Source: Mobula hypostoma (taxonomy: Eukaryota). From it: a stretch of 64,000 nucleotides of DNA. Below are positions 12,204 through 25,479 of this stretch, in pieces (positions within the stretch are counted from its first letter, which is position 1; every line of letters begins with the position of its first letter). The notes under the pieces were generated by a model. The model saw only the letters and a program-made list of their open reading frames with translations. It was not told where the DNA came from and made no database searches. The translations under genes and the position numbers were made by a program. The stretch spans positions 18,788,001-18,852,000 of the forward strand of contig NC_086109.1 of assembly GCF_963921235.1 (NCBI RefSeq), given 5' to 3'.

Positions 12204-13302
12204 TAATTAAATAGAGTAATAGATGCCGAGCTTAACTTTGAAGGTTTTTTTTCCGGGCTAGCTCAGAGCATGAAGAATATTTCCTCACCACCAATCTTTC
12301 TATTTCAATCAGTGAAACAACTCCACTACCTCACCTTAATTCTAAGGACCTCTAAACTTGTACCAAACTTTCTGCTGGACACTTTCTTGACAGCCTTCCA
12401 AAAGTTCCTATGTACAAAATCTACTTCACCATCTTGGTTGGCTTCTGCTGAACATGGGTACTAATATAGAATCATTTAATCATGAAGGAGAAATGTACAT
12501 GGGGAAGGAATCCACAATTATTTAGTAGCAATAAACATAGATGAATATTAAAATGAAGGGACCTGACTCTGCAACTGATAGCTGATAGTCCTGTATGCAT
12601 TTAGTGGTAAAGTATGCAGACGATATTACAATTTTTAAAAAATAGATATACTGTTCTTTAAACTTGGCAGTAGATCCCAGCATTCTGTATATATTGCAAT
12701 ACTAATTACACTTTAAAAGTAATTAATTGGATGTAAATCACTGTTGGTTGCCCTAAAGTCTTGAAAAAGCATGACTGAATAACAAGGTCTTCCTGTGTGA
12801 AGGGACAGGTTAAGTAATTGTTCACTCAGTTTGAAGTATCTCCTGATGCGACTCAATTTCATATTTGACGATAGCTGTACCTTGTGATATTTTTAGAGAA
12901 ACTCTGTTAAAGTTTAAACAATAAAGAGAGAAAGCATTGGAAACATTCAGACATCTTCAGAAAGAGAAGCATTTTAATATTTTAGGTTTGGGACCCTTCG
13001 TCAGAACTGCAAAAGAGAGAAAACTACTTCATTTTTAGGTAGCAGAGAAGACAGCTAATGAGGGAATGGGTAGAACAAAGGGAATATCTCCAACAGAATG
13101 AGACCAGGTGACTTAATACGGTAACACTTAAGATCAGATGATTTTTTTTGTTCTTGTTATGTGTTGCTAGTAGAGGCTGAGGGTTCTACCCATTAGGCCA
13201 AACTATACCATTAAAACAGAGCTAAGAAAGGATGCTTCAGATACAGATAGAAAGAAATATTGAATCACCCAGAGATAGAGAGAGAAAGCTGGTAAGTTTG
13301 TA

Positions 13303-13552
13303 GGGCATCATGGTTACATAGTGGTCAGCACAGCGCTTTACGGTACAAGTGACCTGAGTTCATTTTCTGCCGCTGCCTGTAAGGAGTTTGTACATTCTCC
13401 CCGTGACGGCGAAGGTTTCCTCTGGGTGCTCAGTTTCATCCCACAGTCCAAAGGTTCATCGATCATTCGGCTCGGATTAAATCGGGGATTGCAGGGTGGC
13501 GTGGCTCGATGGTCCAGAAGGTCATATTCTGCGCTGTATCTCAACAAGTAAA
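13303..13552 (+). mobile_element. V-SINE-like tRNA-derived SINE
   Basis: Pol III-like head plus core GAGTTTGTACATTCTCCCCGTG...TTTCCTCTGGGTGCTC...CCACAGTCCAAAG. Confidence 0.75.
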
Positions 13553-14244
13553 TACATTTCTGTTCTTGTTAGCAGTCTCTCTCCAATACAGTCATACAAT
13601 CTTGGTTGAGTGGGATACCAGAAAGAGAGTGTCACCTTCTTTCATCAACGCCCTGCAAACCCAAGCAGAGTCAGACCATGCCCTTCTTTTTCATTCAAGG
13701 CAGGAGCAGAATTCCTCTTTCCTTTATTTTTAATGTTCTTGACTCAAATTGTATGCACTGTTACAGTAAAGTTATTAACCTGTTTCTGTTCAGTCTTCAC
13801 ACAGAGGAGCATTGGTCAGGAATTTAAATTGGAATTTAAATATGCAGTGCCCCAGTTTGGAGACTGGCTACTTCCAAATATTCCAAAGGGAAAAGAAGCA
13901 ACTAGAAAAAAAAGGTTCCATTAAATTACATGTCTCCTTGTCTCCTGTGTCATGAAATGAGGCTTTTTGCAAATGAATCCTTAAAACACGTCTGAATTCT
14001 GCTGCTTTATTAAAGCATATAAGGTCAAAAGTACAAAATAAAACTTTGGTAGAATTGTAAGAGAACGGATAGACTTTGCATTGTTGTCGTGAGGGCTAAA
14101 TGTTCCTGTTTCTTCTCTCCACCGGTCCAGTGCCTTTATCTCGAAGTGTGGGGCCAGTAAGCTATTCCTCTTCTGTGATTTCTTGTCAAATTTAAAGACC
14201 CATTAGTGGCCAGAAGGTTATTGAGGAGAAGATTGGGGAATCAC

Positions 14245-15460
14245 AATAAGACCATAAGATATAGAAGCAGAATTAGGTCATTTGGCCCATTGAGTCTGCT
14301 CTGCCATTTTCTCATGCCTGATCAATTTTCCCTCTCAGCCCCGATCTCCTCCCTTCTCCCCATATCCCTTCCTGCCCTGACTAATCAAGAATCTATCAAC
14401 TTCTGCCTGAAGTACACTCATTGTATTGGCCTCCACAGCTGCCTTTGGCAATGAATTCTACAGATTCACAATTCTCTGGCTAAGGAAATTTCTCTTCATC
14501 TCCATTCTAAGTAGATCCCCTTTTATTCTGAAGCTGTGTCCTCTGGTCTTAGACTCCCCTTTTGCTGGAAACATCCTTTCCACATCCACTCTATCGAGGC
14601 CTTTCAACATTTGATAGGTTTCAATGAGGTCGCCCCTCATTCTTCTGAATTCCAGTGAGTAGAGGCACAGAGCCATCAAACACTCCTCATATGATAAGCC
14701 TTTCAATCCCAGAATAATTTTTGTAAACCCTCTTAGAAAGCCTCTCCAATGTCAGGACATCCTTTCTTAGATAAAGGGCCTGAAACTATTCATGATACTC
14801 CTTGAGGTCTCACCAATGCTTTATAAAGCCTCACCATTATATCTTTGCTTATATATTCTAGTCCTCTCGAAATGAATGCCAACATCGCATTTGCCTTCCT
14901 CACCACTGACTCAAATTGAAAATTAACCTTTAGGGAATCCTGCACAAGGACTCCCAAGTCCCTTTGCACCTCAGATTATTGAATTTTCTCTCCATTTAGA
15001 AAATAGTCTATGCTTTTATTTCTTCTACCAAAGTGCAAAACCATACACTTCCAGACACTATATTCCATCCGCCACTTCTTTGCCCATTCTCCTAATCTGT
15101 CTAGCTCCTTCTGTAGCCTCTCTACTTCCTCAAAATTACCTGCCCCTCCACATATCTTCATATTGTATGCAAACTTGGCCACAAAGTCATCAGTTCAATC
15201 ATCCAAATCATTGACATCTAACTTAAAAAGAATTGGTCTTGATATTGACCTCAGTGGAGCATGACTATTTATCAGCAGCCAAACAGAAAAGGTAACTTTT
15301 ATTCCCACACTGCCTCCTGCTAATCAACCATGGCTTTACCCATGCTAGAAACTCTCCTGTAATACAATGGGCTCTTAACTTGTTAAGCAGCCTCATATAT
15401 GAGGCCTTGCCAAAGACCTTCTAAACATCCAAGTACACAACATCCACTGATTCTCCTTTG
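14245..15460 (-). mobile_element. CR1 LINE 3' fragment (RT C-terminal half)
   Basis: AKFA...LQKELDRLGEWAKKWRMEY; LYSLEFRRMRGDLIETY; (TCTTATGG)n tail. Confidence 0.9.
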
Positions 15461-15461
15461 T

Positions 15462-16719
15462 ACTGATCAACAGAAAAAAACTCTTTCATTTCAAAGTGAT
15501 CACAAACTTGTACAAATTGGTCTAAATGTATTACAATTATTAAACATAAAGTAATTGATTGCATAATTACTCACCCTCTTCAAGTCAATATTTAGTAGAT
15601 GCACCTTTGAGTCCGTTTGGATAGGTCTCTTCATCTGGACACTGCAATTTTTCCCCATTCTTCTGTACAAAACTGCTGAAGCTCTGTCAGAGTACATGGG
15701 GATTGTGAGTGAACAGTCCTTTTCAAGTCCTGCCACAAATTCTCAATTGGATTGAGGTCTAGTCTCATGGTAGGGATAGTGTATTTTTGATGATGTATGG
15801 TATTTGGCTTATGCCGAGCATAGCATTTAGCCTGATGGTCAAAAAGCTCAATTTTGGTTTCATCAGACCATAGAAACCTTCTTTCAGCTGACTTCAGAGT
15901 CTCCCACATGCCTTCTGGCAAACTCTAGCCAAGATTTCATGTGAGTTTTTTCAACAGTGGCTTTCTCTTTGCCACTCTCCCATAAAGATGTGACTCGTGA
16001 AGCACCAAGACAATAGTTGTTGCATGTGCGGTCTCTCTCATCTCAGCCACTGAAGCTTGTAAGTCCTCCAGAGCCATCATAGGTCTCTTGACGGTCTCCC
16101 TCACTAGTCCCCTTCTTGCACAGTCACTCAGTTTTTGAGGACAGCCTGCTCTAGGTCGTTTTACAGCTGTGCCATATTATTTCCATTTCTTGATGATTGA
16201 CTTAACTGTACTCTAAGGGATATTCAGTAACCTGGGAATTTTCTTGTATCCGTCTCTTGACCTGTGCATTTCAATAACCTTTTCTTGGAGTTGGTTGGAG
16301 TGTTCTTTGATCATCATGGTGTAGATTTTGCCAGGATACTGACTTACCAGCAGTTAGACATTTTAGATACAGGTGTATTTTTACTACAATCAATTGAAAC
16401 ACCTTAACTGCACACATGTCTCCATAAACAGATCTCCATTTAAATAATTATGTGACGTCTAAAACCAATTGGCTGCAGCAGAAATGATTTGGTGTGTCAT
16501 ATTAAAGGGGGGTGAATACTTATGCAATCATTTATTTTGTGTTTTATATTTGTAATCAATTTAAATCACTTTGTAGATATCTGTTTTCAATTTGACATGA
16601 GTCTTTTTCTGTTGATCAGTATCAAAAGAAGCCAAATTAAATCTACTGTGATTCAATGTTGTAAAACAATAAAACATGAAAAGTTCTGGGGAAGGGGTGA
16701 ATACTTTTTATAGGCACCC
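15462..16719 (-). mobile_element. Tc1 transposon with long IRs and an internally deleted transposase
   Basis: LWSDETKIELF and DLNPIENLW motifs (15631-15921); 15462-15575 is inverted relative to ~16510-16620; the region that should hold the second catalytic Asp is missing. Confidence 0.9.
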
Positions 16720-16739
16720 TACATCATTTTTCAATCCAT

Positions 16740-17320
16740 CAAAGATGTCATGTTGAGGCTTCATAATGCCTTGGTCAGACTACATTTGGAGTATTGTGAG
16801 CAGTTTTGAGTCCATTCCTGGGAATGGACATGCTGGCATTGGAAAGGGTCCAGAGGGGTTTCCCAAGAATGATCCTGGGGATGAATGGGTTAACATATGT
16901 GGACCTTTTGATGGCTTTGGGCCTGTACTCATTGGAGTTTAGAAGAATGAGGAATGATCACACTGAAACCTGTCGAACATTGAAAGGCAGAGACAGAGTG
17001 GATATTGAGAGGATGATTCCAATAGTGGGGGGGGGGGGGACTAGGAGCAGAGGGCAAAGCCTCAAAATAGAAGGATGTATCCTTAAAACAGAAATGAGGA
17101 ACAAATTCTTTAGCCAGAGAGAGGTGAATGGGTGGAATTAATTACAGGTATATTTAAAGTGGAAGTTGATAGGGTTCTTGATTAGTAAGGGCATTGAAGG
17201 TTACAGGGAGAAATCAGGAGAATGGAGTTGAGAAGGAAAATAAATCAGCCCTGATGGAACGGGGGAGTGGACTCAATGGCTAAATGGCCTAATTTTGCTA
17301 CTATCTTCTATGTTATTCCA
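16740..17320 (+). mobile_element. CR1 LINE 3' fragment
   Basis: ALERVQRGFPRMI...LGLYSLEFRRMR...KFFSQR. Confidence 0.85.
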
Positions 17321-18199
17321 AAAAAAAGAATTTAGTCGGTAAGCAGATGGAAACAAAGAAAAAGAAGCGCTTTAAAGTGACTCACCAGGGCCGCAGTGAT
17401 GTATTGTTATGTGAAATTACCATTATATAATGTTATTGCATTGAAATTACACCTTGTGTAGTTCAAAGTATGTACACTTTCCGGGCATGGCAATAGGGAA
17501 GAGTAACCATTATGTACCTGGTGTCCAACAGTCACCTTGAACAATTGATTATAAGTGTTCTGTAAGTAATGAAGAAGCTAGAGCGTATACATGGCATATT
17601 CTGCAAAAACAGAGTCACAGATTATGCCACAGAGCTCCAGAGACTAGATTTCTGTGGAATCAGTTATATGTGGAGATGTTTGGGATCGTTGACTGATGGA
17701 TGAGTTTTTGAGTAGAAATCCGTTATGATGGTAATCTGTGGCAAGAGAATAAGAACAGCAAGTTGCAATGGTAGCTCAAATGAACACCATAGAGATACAG
17801 GGTAATGCAACACAGGCCCTTCAGCTCATCTCATTCTATGCTGAGCAAAATGCCCTAAGTTAGTCTCCCATGCCCACAATAAGACGAAAGCATGATGGGA
17901 ATAGGGCACAAGAGAACAAGATACAGGGTGGTATTGCAAGCATAGTTGGTACAGCTGCTGCCTTACAGTACCAGGGACCCTGGTCTGATCCTGACCTCCG
18001 GTAGTGTCTGTGTGGAGTTTTTCCCACTTTCTCTTTTTATTAGGGGCTTCAATTGTCACAGGCTGAGCTGGTCTCCACCAACGGTGGTCAGGGACATCGA
18101 TGCACTAGGTTAAATTAGTCTTGGAAATGGGCTACAAGGACATTTCCAGATTGCTTTCCCCAAAATTAGCCAGGTAAATTAATACGTTTTATTCATTTT

Positions 18200-18618
18200 G
18201 GTTAAAAAAATCTTTTTCCATTCTCCATTCTGGATCACCTCTTCCCCTTCTCTACTCTTCACCCCTACCTTCTGGTGCCCCTCCTTCTTCCTTTTCTCAT
18301 ATGGTCCACACTACTCTCCTATCCGATTCCATCTTCTTCAAACCCTTACCTCTTCCACTCATCACCTCCCAGCTTCTCAGTTCATCCGCCTCTCCACCGC
18401 ACGCCTACGTTCCCACTCACCAAGTTTCACCTATCACCTGCTAGATTGTACTCCTCCTCCTCCCAACTTCTTATTCTCACTTCTTCTATCTTCCTTTCCC
18501 ATCCTGATGAAGGATCTTGCCCTGAAATGCCAATTGTTGTTCTGAACTCGTTAAGTTCCTCCAGCAATTTGTGTTTGTTGCTCTGGATTTCTAACATCAG
18601 CAGAACCTCTTGTGTTTT
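18200..18618 (+). mobile_element. Older Penelope 3' end (pLTR) remnant
   Basis: Pyrimidine-rich UTR, then CCTGATGAAGGATCTTGCCCTGAAA (18503-18527) and a terminus similar to 50870-50945. Confidence 0.7.
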
Positions 18619-18679
18619 ATAAAAGCAGATTATTTGATTGTGATAGATAGGAAAAAGGCTATGGAGAAGAAAGGGCCTT

Positions 18680-19700
18680 GAATTCTTTGTACACCAGGCA
18701 CTGAAAGCGAAGTGTGCAAGAAAGAAACAGTTAAGAAGGCAAAAATATGTTAGCTTTTATTGCAGGGGTTTTGAGGGTCAAGGATATCTTACCAGCCAAG
18801 GCCTTGGTGAGATACATTGTTTGCAGAGTAGTCTCATTCCTATGACGGGATTTACTTTACACAAAGAGAGTGCAGCAAAAGTTCATCAGACCAGTTCCTG
18901 GGATGATGGGATTAGATTCACATGAATTTAGATCTTATCAAAATGGAAAGTATTATGAGTAGTTTTAGGTCCCTATTCAAGAAAGGATATGCTGACATTG
19001 GAGAGGGTTCAAAGGAGGTTCGCAAAAATAATTCTGGGAATCCTTGTTATACGAGAAGCATTTAATGGCTCTGGGCATGCTCTCACTGGAATTCAGAAGA
19101 ATGAGGGGGGATCTCATGCATACCTATCGAACATTGAAAGGCCTCAATAGAGTGGATGTGTAGAGGATGTTTCCTATGGTGGGGGAGTCTTAGAATAGAG
19201 GAACTTCCATTTAGAATGGCAATGAAGAGGAATTTGTTTAGCCAGATGGTGGTGAATCTGTGGAATTCGTTGCCACAGGCAGCTGTGGAGGACAAGTCAT
19301 TGGGTATATTTAAGGTGGAGGCTGATAAATTCTTGATTAGTCAGGCATGATATGATACAGGCAGAAGGCAGGAGATTGGAGCTGAGAGGGAAATGGATCA
19401 GCCATGATGAAATGGTGGAGCAGACTCGATGGGCCAAATGGCCTAATTCTGTTCCTATATCTTTTGGTCTTATGGTCTTATGGAAAGAAAAACCTCTGAT
19501 TGAGTAGGACAGACTGGTTGTGGGATAAATGTTCCTTCAGCCTGGAAGGCTTAGAACAGGGAGTGATGGTCTCAGGATGCATGTTTAGACATCTGCTTCT
19601 GAGATGAGGGGAATTCCTTCACTTCAGGGGGTGATGAACCTCTGGAATTCTCTGCCTGGAGGGGGATGGAGGTCGTCATTGGATACCCACAGTAGCAAAG
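18680..19700 (+). mobile_element. Nested CR1 fragments (younger 18955-19480 inside an older copy)
   Basis: MKRNLFSQMVVNLWNSLPQAAVE; (TCTTATGG)n tail near 19460-19482. Confidence 0.75.
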
Positions 19701-19704
19701 AGAT

Positions 19705-20010
19705 CAGTTTAATGCTTTGAATTGCCAGCTGTAAGATCAGTATTCAATTCCTGTTGCTGTCTGTATGGTGTTAGTATGTTCTCCCCGTGACTGCGTGGGT
19801 TTCTTCTGTGAGCTCTAGTTTCTTCCCACATTCCAAAGACACACGAGGTAGGATTAGTAGGTTGTTGGCATTGTATGTTGACTCCGGAAGTGTGGCAACA
19901 CTTATAGGCTGACCTCCAGGACATCTCAGATTATGTTTATAGTTGATTCCAACAGTACACATCACTAGTTGTTTTGATATTTCAATGTACATGTGGTAAC
20001 TCAAGCTAAT
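19705..20010 (+). mobile_element. V-SINE-like SINE
   Basis: TGTTCTCCCCGTGACTGCGTGGGTTTC...CCCACATTCCAAAGAC core. Confidence 0.65.
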
Positions 20011-20298
20011 CTTAATACTTGAGAGGGAGATACTGAAATTGCCAGAGAAAGATGCACCAAGAGATGAGAAGGGTGCAGGAATAACGTATTGAGAGAAAAG
20101 CAACTATGTTCTTATTGAATGGTGGAACAGGCTTCTCCTTGAAAAGGTGAAAGAATCAGAATAGAAAAGAAAAGATGAGCAGCAGAAGGTCTTTCACAGC
20201 CCATCAAGGCTGTTCAAAAATCTCAATAGAAACCATAGAAACTACAGCACAGAAACAGGCCTTTTGGCCCTTCTTGGCTGTGCCGAACCATTTTCTGC

Positions 20299-23235
20299 CT
20301 AGTCCCACTGACGTGCACACGGACCATATTCCTCCATACACCTCCCATCCATGTATCTGTCCAATTTATTCTTAAATGTTAATAAAGAACCTGCATTTAC
20401 CACCTCGTCTGGCAGCTCATTCAATACTCCCACCACTCTGTGTGTGAAGAAGCCCCCCCTAATGTTCCCTTTAAACTTGTCCCCTCTCACCCTTAACCCA
20501 TGTCCTCTGGTTTTTTTCTCCCCTTGCCTCAGTGGAAAAAGCCTGCTTGCATTCACTCTATCTATACCCATCATAATTTTATATACCTCTATCAAATCTC
20601 CCCTCATTCTTCTACGCTCCAGGGAATAAAGTCCTAACCTATTCAACCTTTCTCTGTAACTGAGTTTCTCAAGTCCTGGCAACATCCTTGTAAACCTTCT
20701 CTGCACTCTTTCAACCTTATTTATATCCTTCCTGTAATTTGGTGACCAAAACTGAACACAATACTCCAGATTCGGCCTCACCAATGCCTTATACAACCTC
20801 ATCATAACATTCCAGCTCGTATACTCAATACTTTGATTAATAAAGGCCAATGTACCAAAAGCTCTCTTTACGACCCTATTTACTTGTGACGCCACTTTTA
20901 GGGAATTTTGTATCTGTATTCCCAGATCCCTCTATTCTACTGCACTCCTCAGTGCCTTACCATTAACCCTGTATGTTCTACCTTGGTTTGTCCTTCCAAC
21001 GTGCAATACCTCACACTTGTCTGTATTAAACTCCATCTGCCATTTTTCAGCCCATTTTTCCAGCTGGTCCAAGTCCCTCTGTAGGCTCTGAAAACCTTCC
21101 TCACTGTCTACTACACCTCCAATCTTTGTATCATCAGCAAATTTGCTGATCCAATTTACCACATTATCATCCAGATCATTGATATAGATGACAAATAACA
21201 ATGGACCCAGCACTGATCCCTGTGGCACACCACTAGTCACAGGCCTCCACTCCGAGAAGCAATTCTCTACCACCACTCTCTGGCTTCTTCCATCGAGCCA
21301 ATGTCTAATCCAATTTACCACCTCTCCATGTATACCTAGCGACTGAATTTTCCTAACTAACCTCCCATGCGGGACCTTGTCAAAGGCCTTAGTGAAATCC
21401 ATGTAGACAATATCCACTGCCTTCCCTTCATCCACTTTCCTGGTAACCTCCTCGAAAAACTCCAATAGATTGGTCAAACATGACCTACCAGGCACAAAGC
21501 CATGTTGACTCTCCCTAATAAGTCCCTGTCTATCCAAATGCTTGTAGATTCTGTCTCTTAGTACTCCCTCCAATAACTTACCTACTACCGATGTTAAACT
21601 CACCAGCCTATAATTTCCTGGATTACTTTTCGATCCTTTTTTAAACAACGGAACAACATGAGCCACTCTCCAATCCTCCGGCACCTCACCTGTAGACAGC
21701 GACATTTTAAATATTTCAGCCAGGGCCCCTGCAATTTCAATACTAGTCTCCTTCAAGGTCCGAGGGAACACCCCGTCAGGTCCTGGGGATTTATCCACGT
21801 TAATTTTCCTCAAGTCAGCAAGCACCTCCTCCTTTTCAATCTGTACAGTTTCCATGATCTCACTACTTGATTCCCTCAATTCCATAGACTTCATGCTAGT
21901 TTCCTTAGTAAATACAGATGCAAAAAAACCTATTTAAGATCTCCCCCATTTCCTTTGGTTCCGCACATAGCCGACCACTCTGATCATCAAGAGGACCAAT
22001 TTTATCCCTTACAATCCTTTTGATCTTAATATACCTGTAAAAGCTCTTTGGATTATCCTTCACTTTGACTGCCAAGGCAACCTTGTGTCTTCTTTTAGCC
22101 CTCCTGATTACTTTCTTAAGTATTTTCTTGCACTTCTTATACTCCTCAAGCACCTGATTTACTCCCTGTTTCCTATACATTTCATACAACTCCCTCTTCT
22201 TCTTTATCAGAGTTGCAATATCCCTTGAGAACCAAGTTTCCTTATTCCTATTCAATTTGCCTTTAATCCTGACAGGAACATACAAACTCTGCACTCTCAA
22301 AATTTCCCCTTTGAAGGCTTCCCACCTACCAATCACATCTTTGCCAGAGAACAATCTGTCCCAGTCCACGCTTTTTAGATCCTTTCTCATTTCTTCAAAT
22401 TTGGCCTTCTTCCAGTTCAGAACCTCAACCCTAGGACCAGATCTATCCTTGTCCATGATCAAATTGAAACTAATGGTGTTATGATCACTGGAACCAAAGC
22501 GCTCCCCTACACAGACTTCCGTCACTTGTCCTAACTCGTTTCCTAACAGGAGATCCAATATTGCATCCCCTCTAGTTGGTCCCCCTATATATTGATTTAG
22601 AAAGCATTCCTGAACACATTTTACAAACTCTAAACCATCTAGACCCCTAACAGTATGGGAGTCCCAATCAATGTATGGAAAATTAAAATCCCCTACCACC
22701 ACAACTTTATGTTTCCTGCAGTTGCCTACTATCTCTCTGCAGATTTGCTCTTCCAAGTCTCGTTGACTATTGGGTGGTCGTAATACAATCCCACTAATGT
22801 GGCCATACCTTTCCTGTTTCTCAGCTCCACCCATAAGGACTCAGTAGACAAGCCCTCTAATCTGTCCGGCCTGAGCACTGCTGTAACATTTTCCCTGACA
22901 AGCAATGCTACTCCCCCACCTTTCATTCCTCTGCCTCGATCACATCTGAAACATTGGAACCCTGGAATATTAAACTGCCATTCCTGCCCCTCCTGTAGCC
23001 AAGTTTCACTAATTGCTACAACGTCATAATTCCACGTGTCAATCCACGCCCTCAACTCATCCGCCTTCCCCGCAATACTAGCATTGAAATATATACACCT
23101 CAGAAGATTTTTACCACCACTCACAACCTTTCTATCAGCGGATTTACTTGAACTTTTAACAACATTTATTTTCACCCCAGCCACACTGTCAGCTCTGGCA
23201 CTCTGGTTCCCATCCCCCTGCAAATCTAGTTTAAA
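20299..23235 (-). pseudogene. CR1 ORF2: APE endonuclease + reverse transcriptase, disrupted
   Basis: ISETW, GDFN, SDH; QHGF, GVPQGSVLGP, FADD; frameshifts near 22780 and 21925 and one in-frame TAG at 20932. Confidence 0.95.
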
Positions 23236-24163
23236 GCCTCCCCAATAGCACTAACAAACCTCCCTGAAAGGATATGGTCCCCCTGTAGTTCAAGTGTAAC
23301 CCATCTCTCTTGTACAGGTCCCACCCGCCCCAGAAGAGGTCCCAATAATCCTGAAATCTGAAACCCTGCCCCCTACACCAGTTCCTCAGCCACTTGTTCA
23401 TCCTCCAGAGCATCCTATTCCTACCCTCACTGGCATGTAGCACAGGTAGCAATCCTGAGATTACCACCTTTGAGGTCCTGCTTTTCAACTTCCTACCAAG
23501 CTCTCTATACTCACTCTCCAGGACCTCCTCACTCTTCCTTGCTATGTCATTGGTACCGATGTGCACCACGACATCTGGCTGGCCACCCTCCCACTTCAGA
23601 ATGTCATGCAATCGATCAGAGAAATCCTTGACCCTGGCACCCGGGAGGCAACAAACCATCCTGGATTCTCTGTCATGACCACAGAACCTCCTATCTGCAC
23701 CTCTAACTATCGAATCCCCTATCACTACCGCTCTCCTCTTTTTCCACCCTCCCTTCTGCACTGCAGAGCCAGACTCAGTGCCAGAGATCCGGCTACTGCA
23801 GCTTGTCCCAGGTAAGTCATCCCTCCCAACAGTATCCAATGCGGTATACTTGTTGTTGAGGGGAATGGCCACAGGGGAACCCTGCTCTGCCTGCCCTTTC
23901 CTCTTCCCTCGCCTGACAGTGACCCAATTTCCTGTCCTCTGCTCCTTTGGCGTAACTACCTCCCTGTAGCTACAATCTATAATCTCCTCATTCTCCCGAA
24001 TGATCCGGAGGTCATCCAGCTCCTGCTCCAGTTCCCTAACGCGGTTTGTCCGGAGTTGCAGCTGGATGCACTTCTTGTAGGTGTCGTTGTCAGGGACACC
24101 GGAGGGCTCCCTGACTTCCCACATCCTGCAAGAGGAGCATTCCAACATCCTGCCTGGCATTCT
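23226..24163 (-). pseudogene. CR1 ORF1: CxxC finger, coiled coil, SGNH/GDSL esterase
   Basis: CSSC..., GDSIVRG, LPGA, HIGTND, DGLH; one apparent 1-bp deletion near the C-terminus (GTISFQ instead of GTNIL). Confidence 0.9.
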
Positions 24164-25479
24164 CACTGCACTAAACAATCTGAACAAAAAACTTACCGGA
24201 ACCTACCCTGGCCTCTGCCTGTTCTCACCGAAGCCTCTTTGAGCCAAAGCTGTCCCACTCTGACTCAGTCCACTCCGACGATGGCCGCTACAACGATGGC
24301 CGCTGTATATGGAAGTCTGCTTTTAAACCTCGGCTAAGTAAAGGTGGTTTCATATCTGGTGGAGACTGAAGATACAGTGATAGACAAAGGGCGATATTTT
24401 TGTGAGCTTACTGCGCAAACCTGATGTATTTAACTCCGCTCCACTGTTTACATTTTGCCTTTTCTCCACATCCCTGAAGAACCCCGTCCATCTCCAGGAT
24501 TTTAAAATGTATTTATAAAAGGAAATATAAAATTGGAAATGAGATGAATCAATGTGCAGCTGACTTTAATTTTCTCTGTAGTCTAAATGCAGTGAGATAA
24601 TATGTGTTAAAAGTACAGTAGTAGATGGTGTTAATCAGTGAATTAGTATACGTGTACTGGGGAAGTTAATCTTATGTATTATCATTCATGTAATTAATAT
24701 GATTATTACCTTGTGCTCAGTGCAGAATGGTGACAGCTATTAACAGAAGTCAAAGCTATGACTGCAATGTTATGGAGCCAGTTTCATGGTCAGGACAGAG
24801 TTAATGGGCTCGCCATTCATACTTCCCCAGTTAAGAAAGGAGTTAAGGCAACAGATATGGAGAGCATTTTTTGAATGGACTATGCATGGCAGCTGTGCCA
24901 TCATCTGCCAAGCCCCGGCTACATATCACAAACCTATTAAAACGCACATTAACTGTTGAAATAAATCTCGTTCAACGTACAGGAAGACAGAACAATTTAC
25001 TGAGAAAGGAATACAAGGTTGTAACAAGCAAGGAACACAGGCAAGATCGAGAGAGGAAAAACAAACTGACACTAAATTCAGTGATTGATTTAGAGAAAAG
25101 TAGCTGCAGGAGTGTGGTGGAAATGTAATTAATTCAGGGAAAAAATCAATAGCAGCTTATAATGAAATTAGAAATGATGAGATGTTTGCACTCTCCCTCA
25201 AACCCACTCTTCACTCCTGCCGTTGTATCTCACACAATACCCATTAAAAATGACCAGAAAGATGTTCTTAGTTTTCTCCAGTTTCCATTTAATAATGCAG
25301 AAATCTAAGTGTCCCTCAGTGTGCAATTAGAGGTTTTTTTTCCCTATCCCTTAGCAACCATTGCTAGGCAACATCTTGTTTACCATTATGTGTTTTTTTC
25401 ACCCATTATTGAGGGGCAGATTTGTTTTGCCTCACGTGTTTCTGAAGCCAACTTCCTGGTGTGAGGTGTTGGATGGAGT

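Larger units (their letters stand above)
20226..24333 (-). mobile_element. Near full-length CR1 LINE (5' UTR, ORF1, ORF2, 3' tail)
   Basis: Contiguous ORF1 (Zn finger, coiled coil, SGNH esterase), APE endonuclease, RT, C-terminal region and (TTTCTATGG)n tail. Confidence 0.97.

Noticed and set aside
17645..17760. Possible minus-strand exon after a good acceptor (TTCTTATTCTCTTGCCACAG)
   Set aside because: The frames I translated close within ~30 codons, with no recognisable protein or donor site; would need RNA-seq
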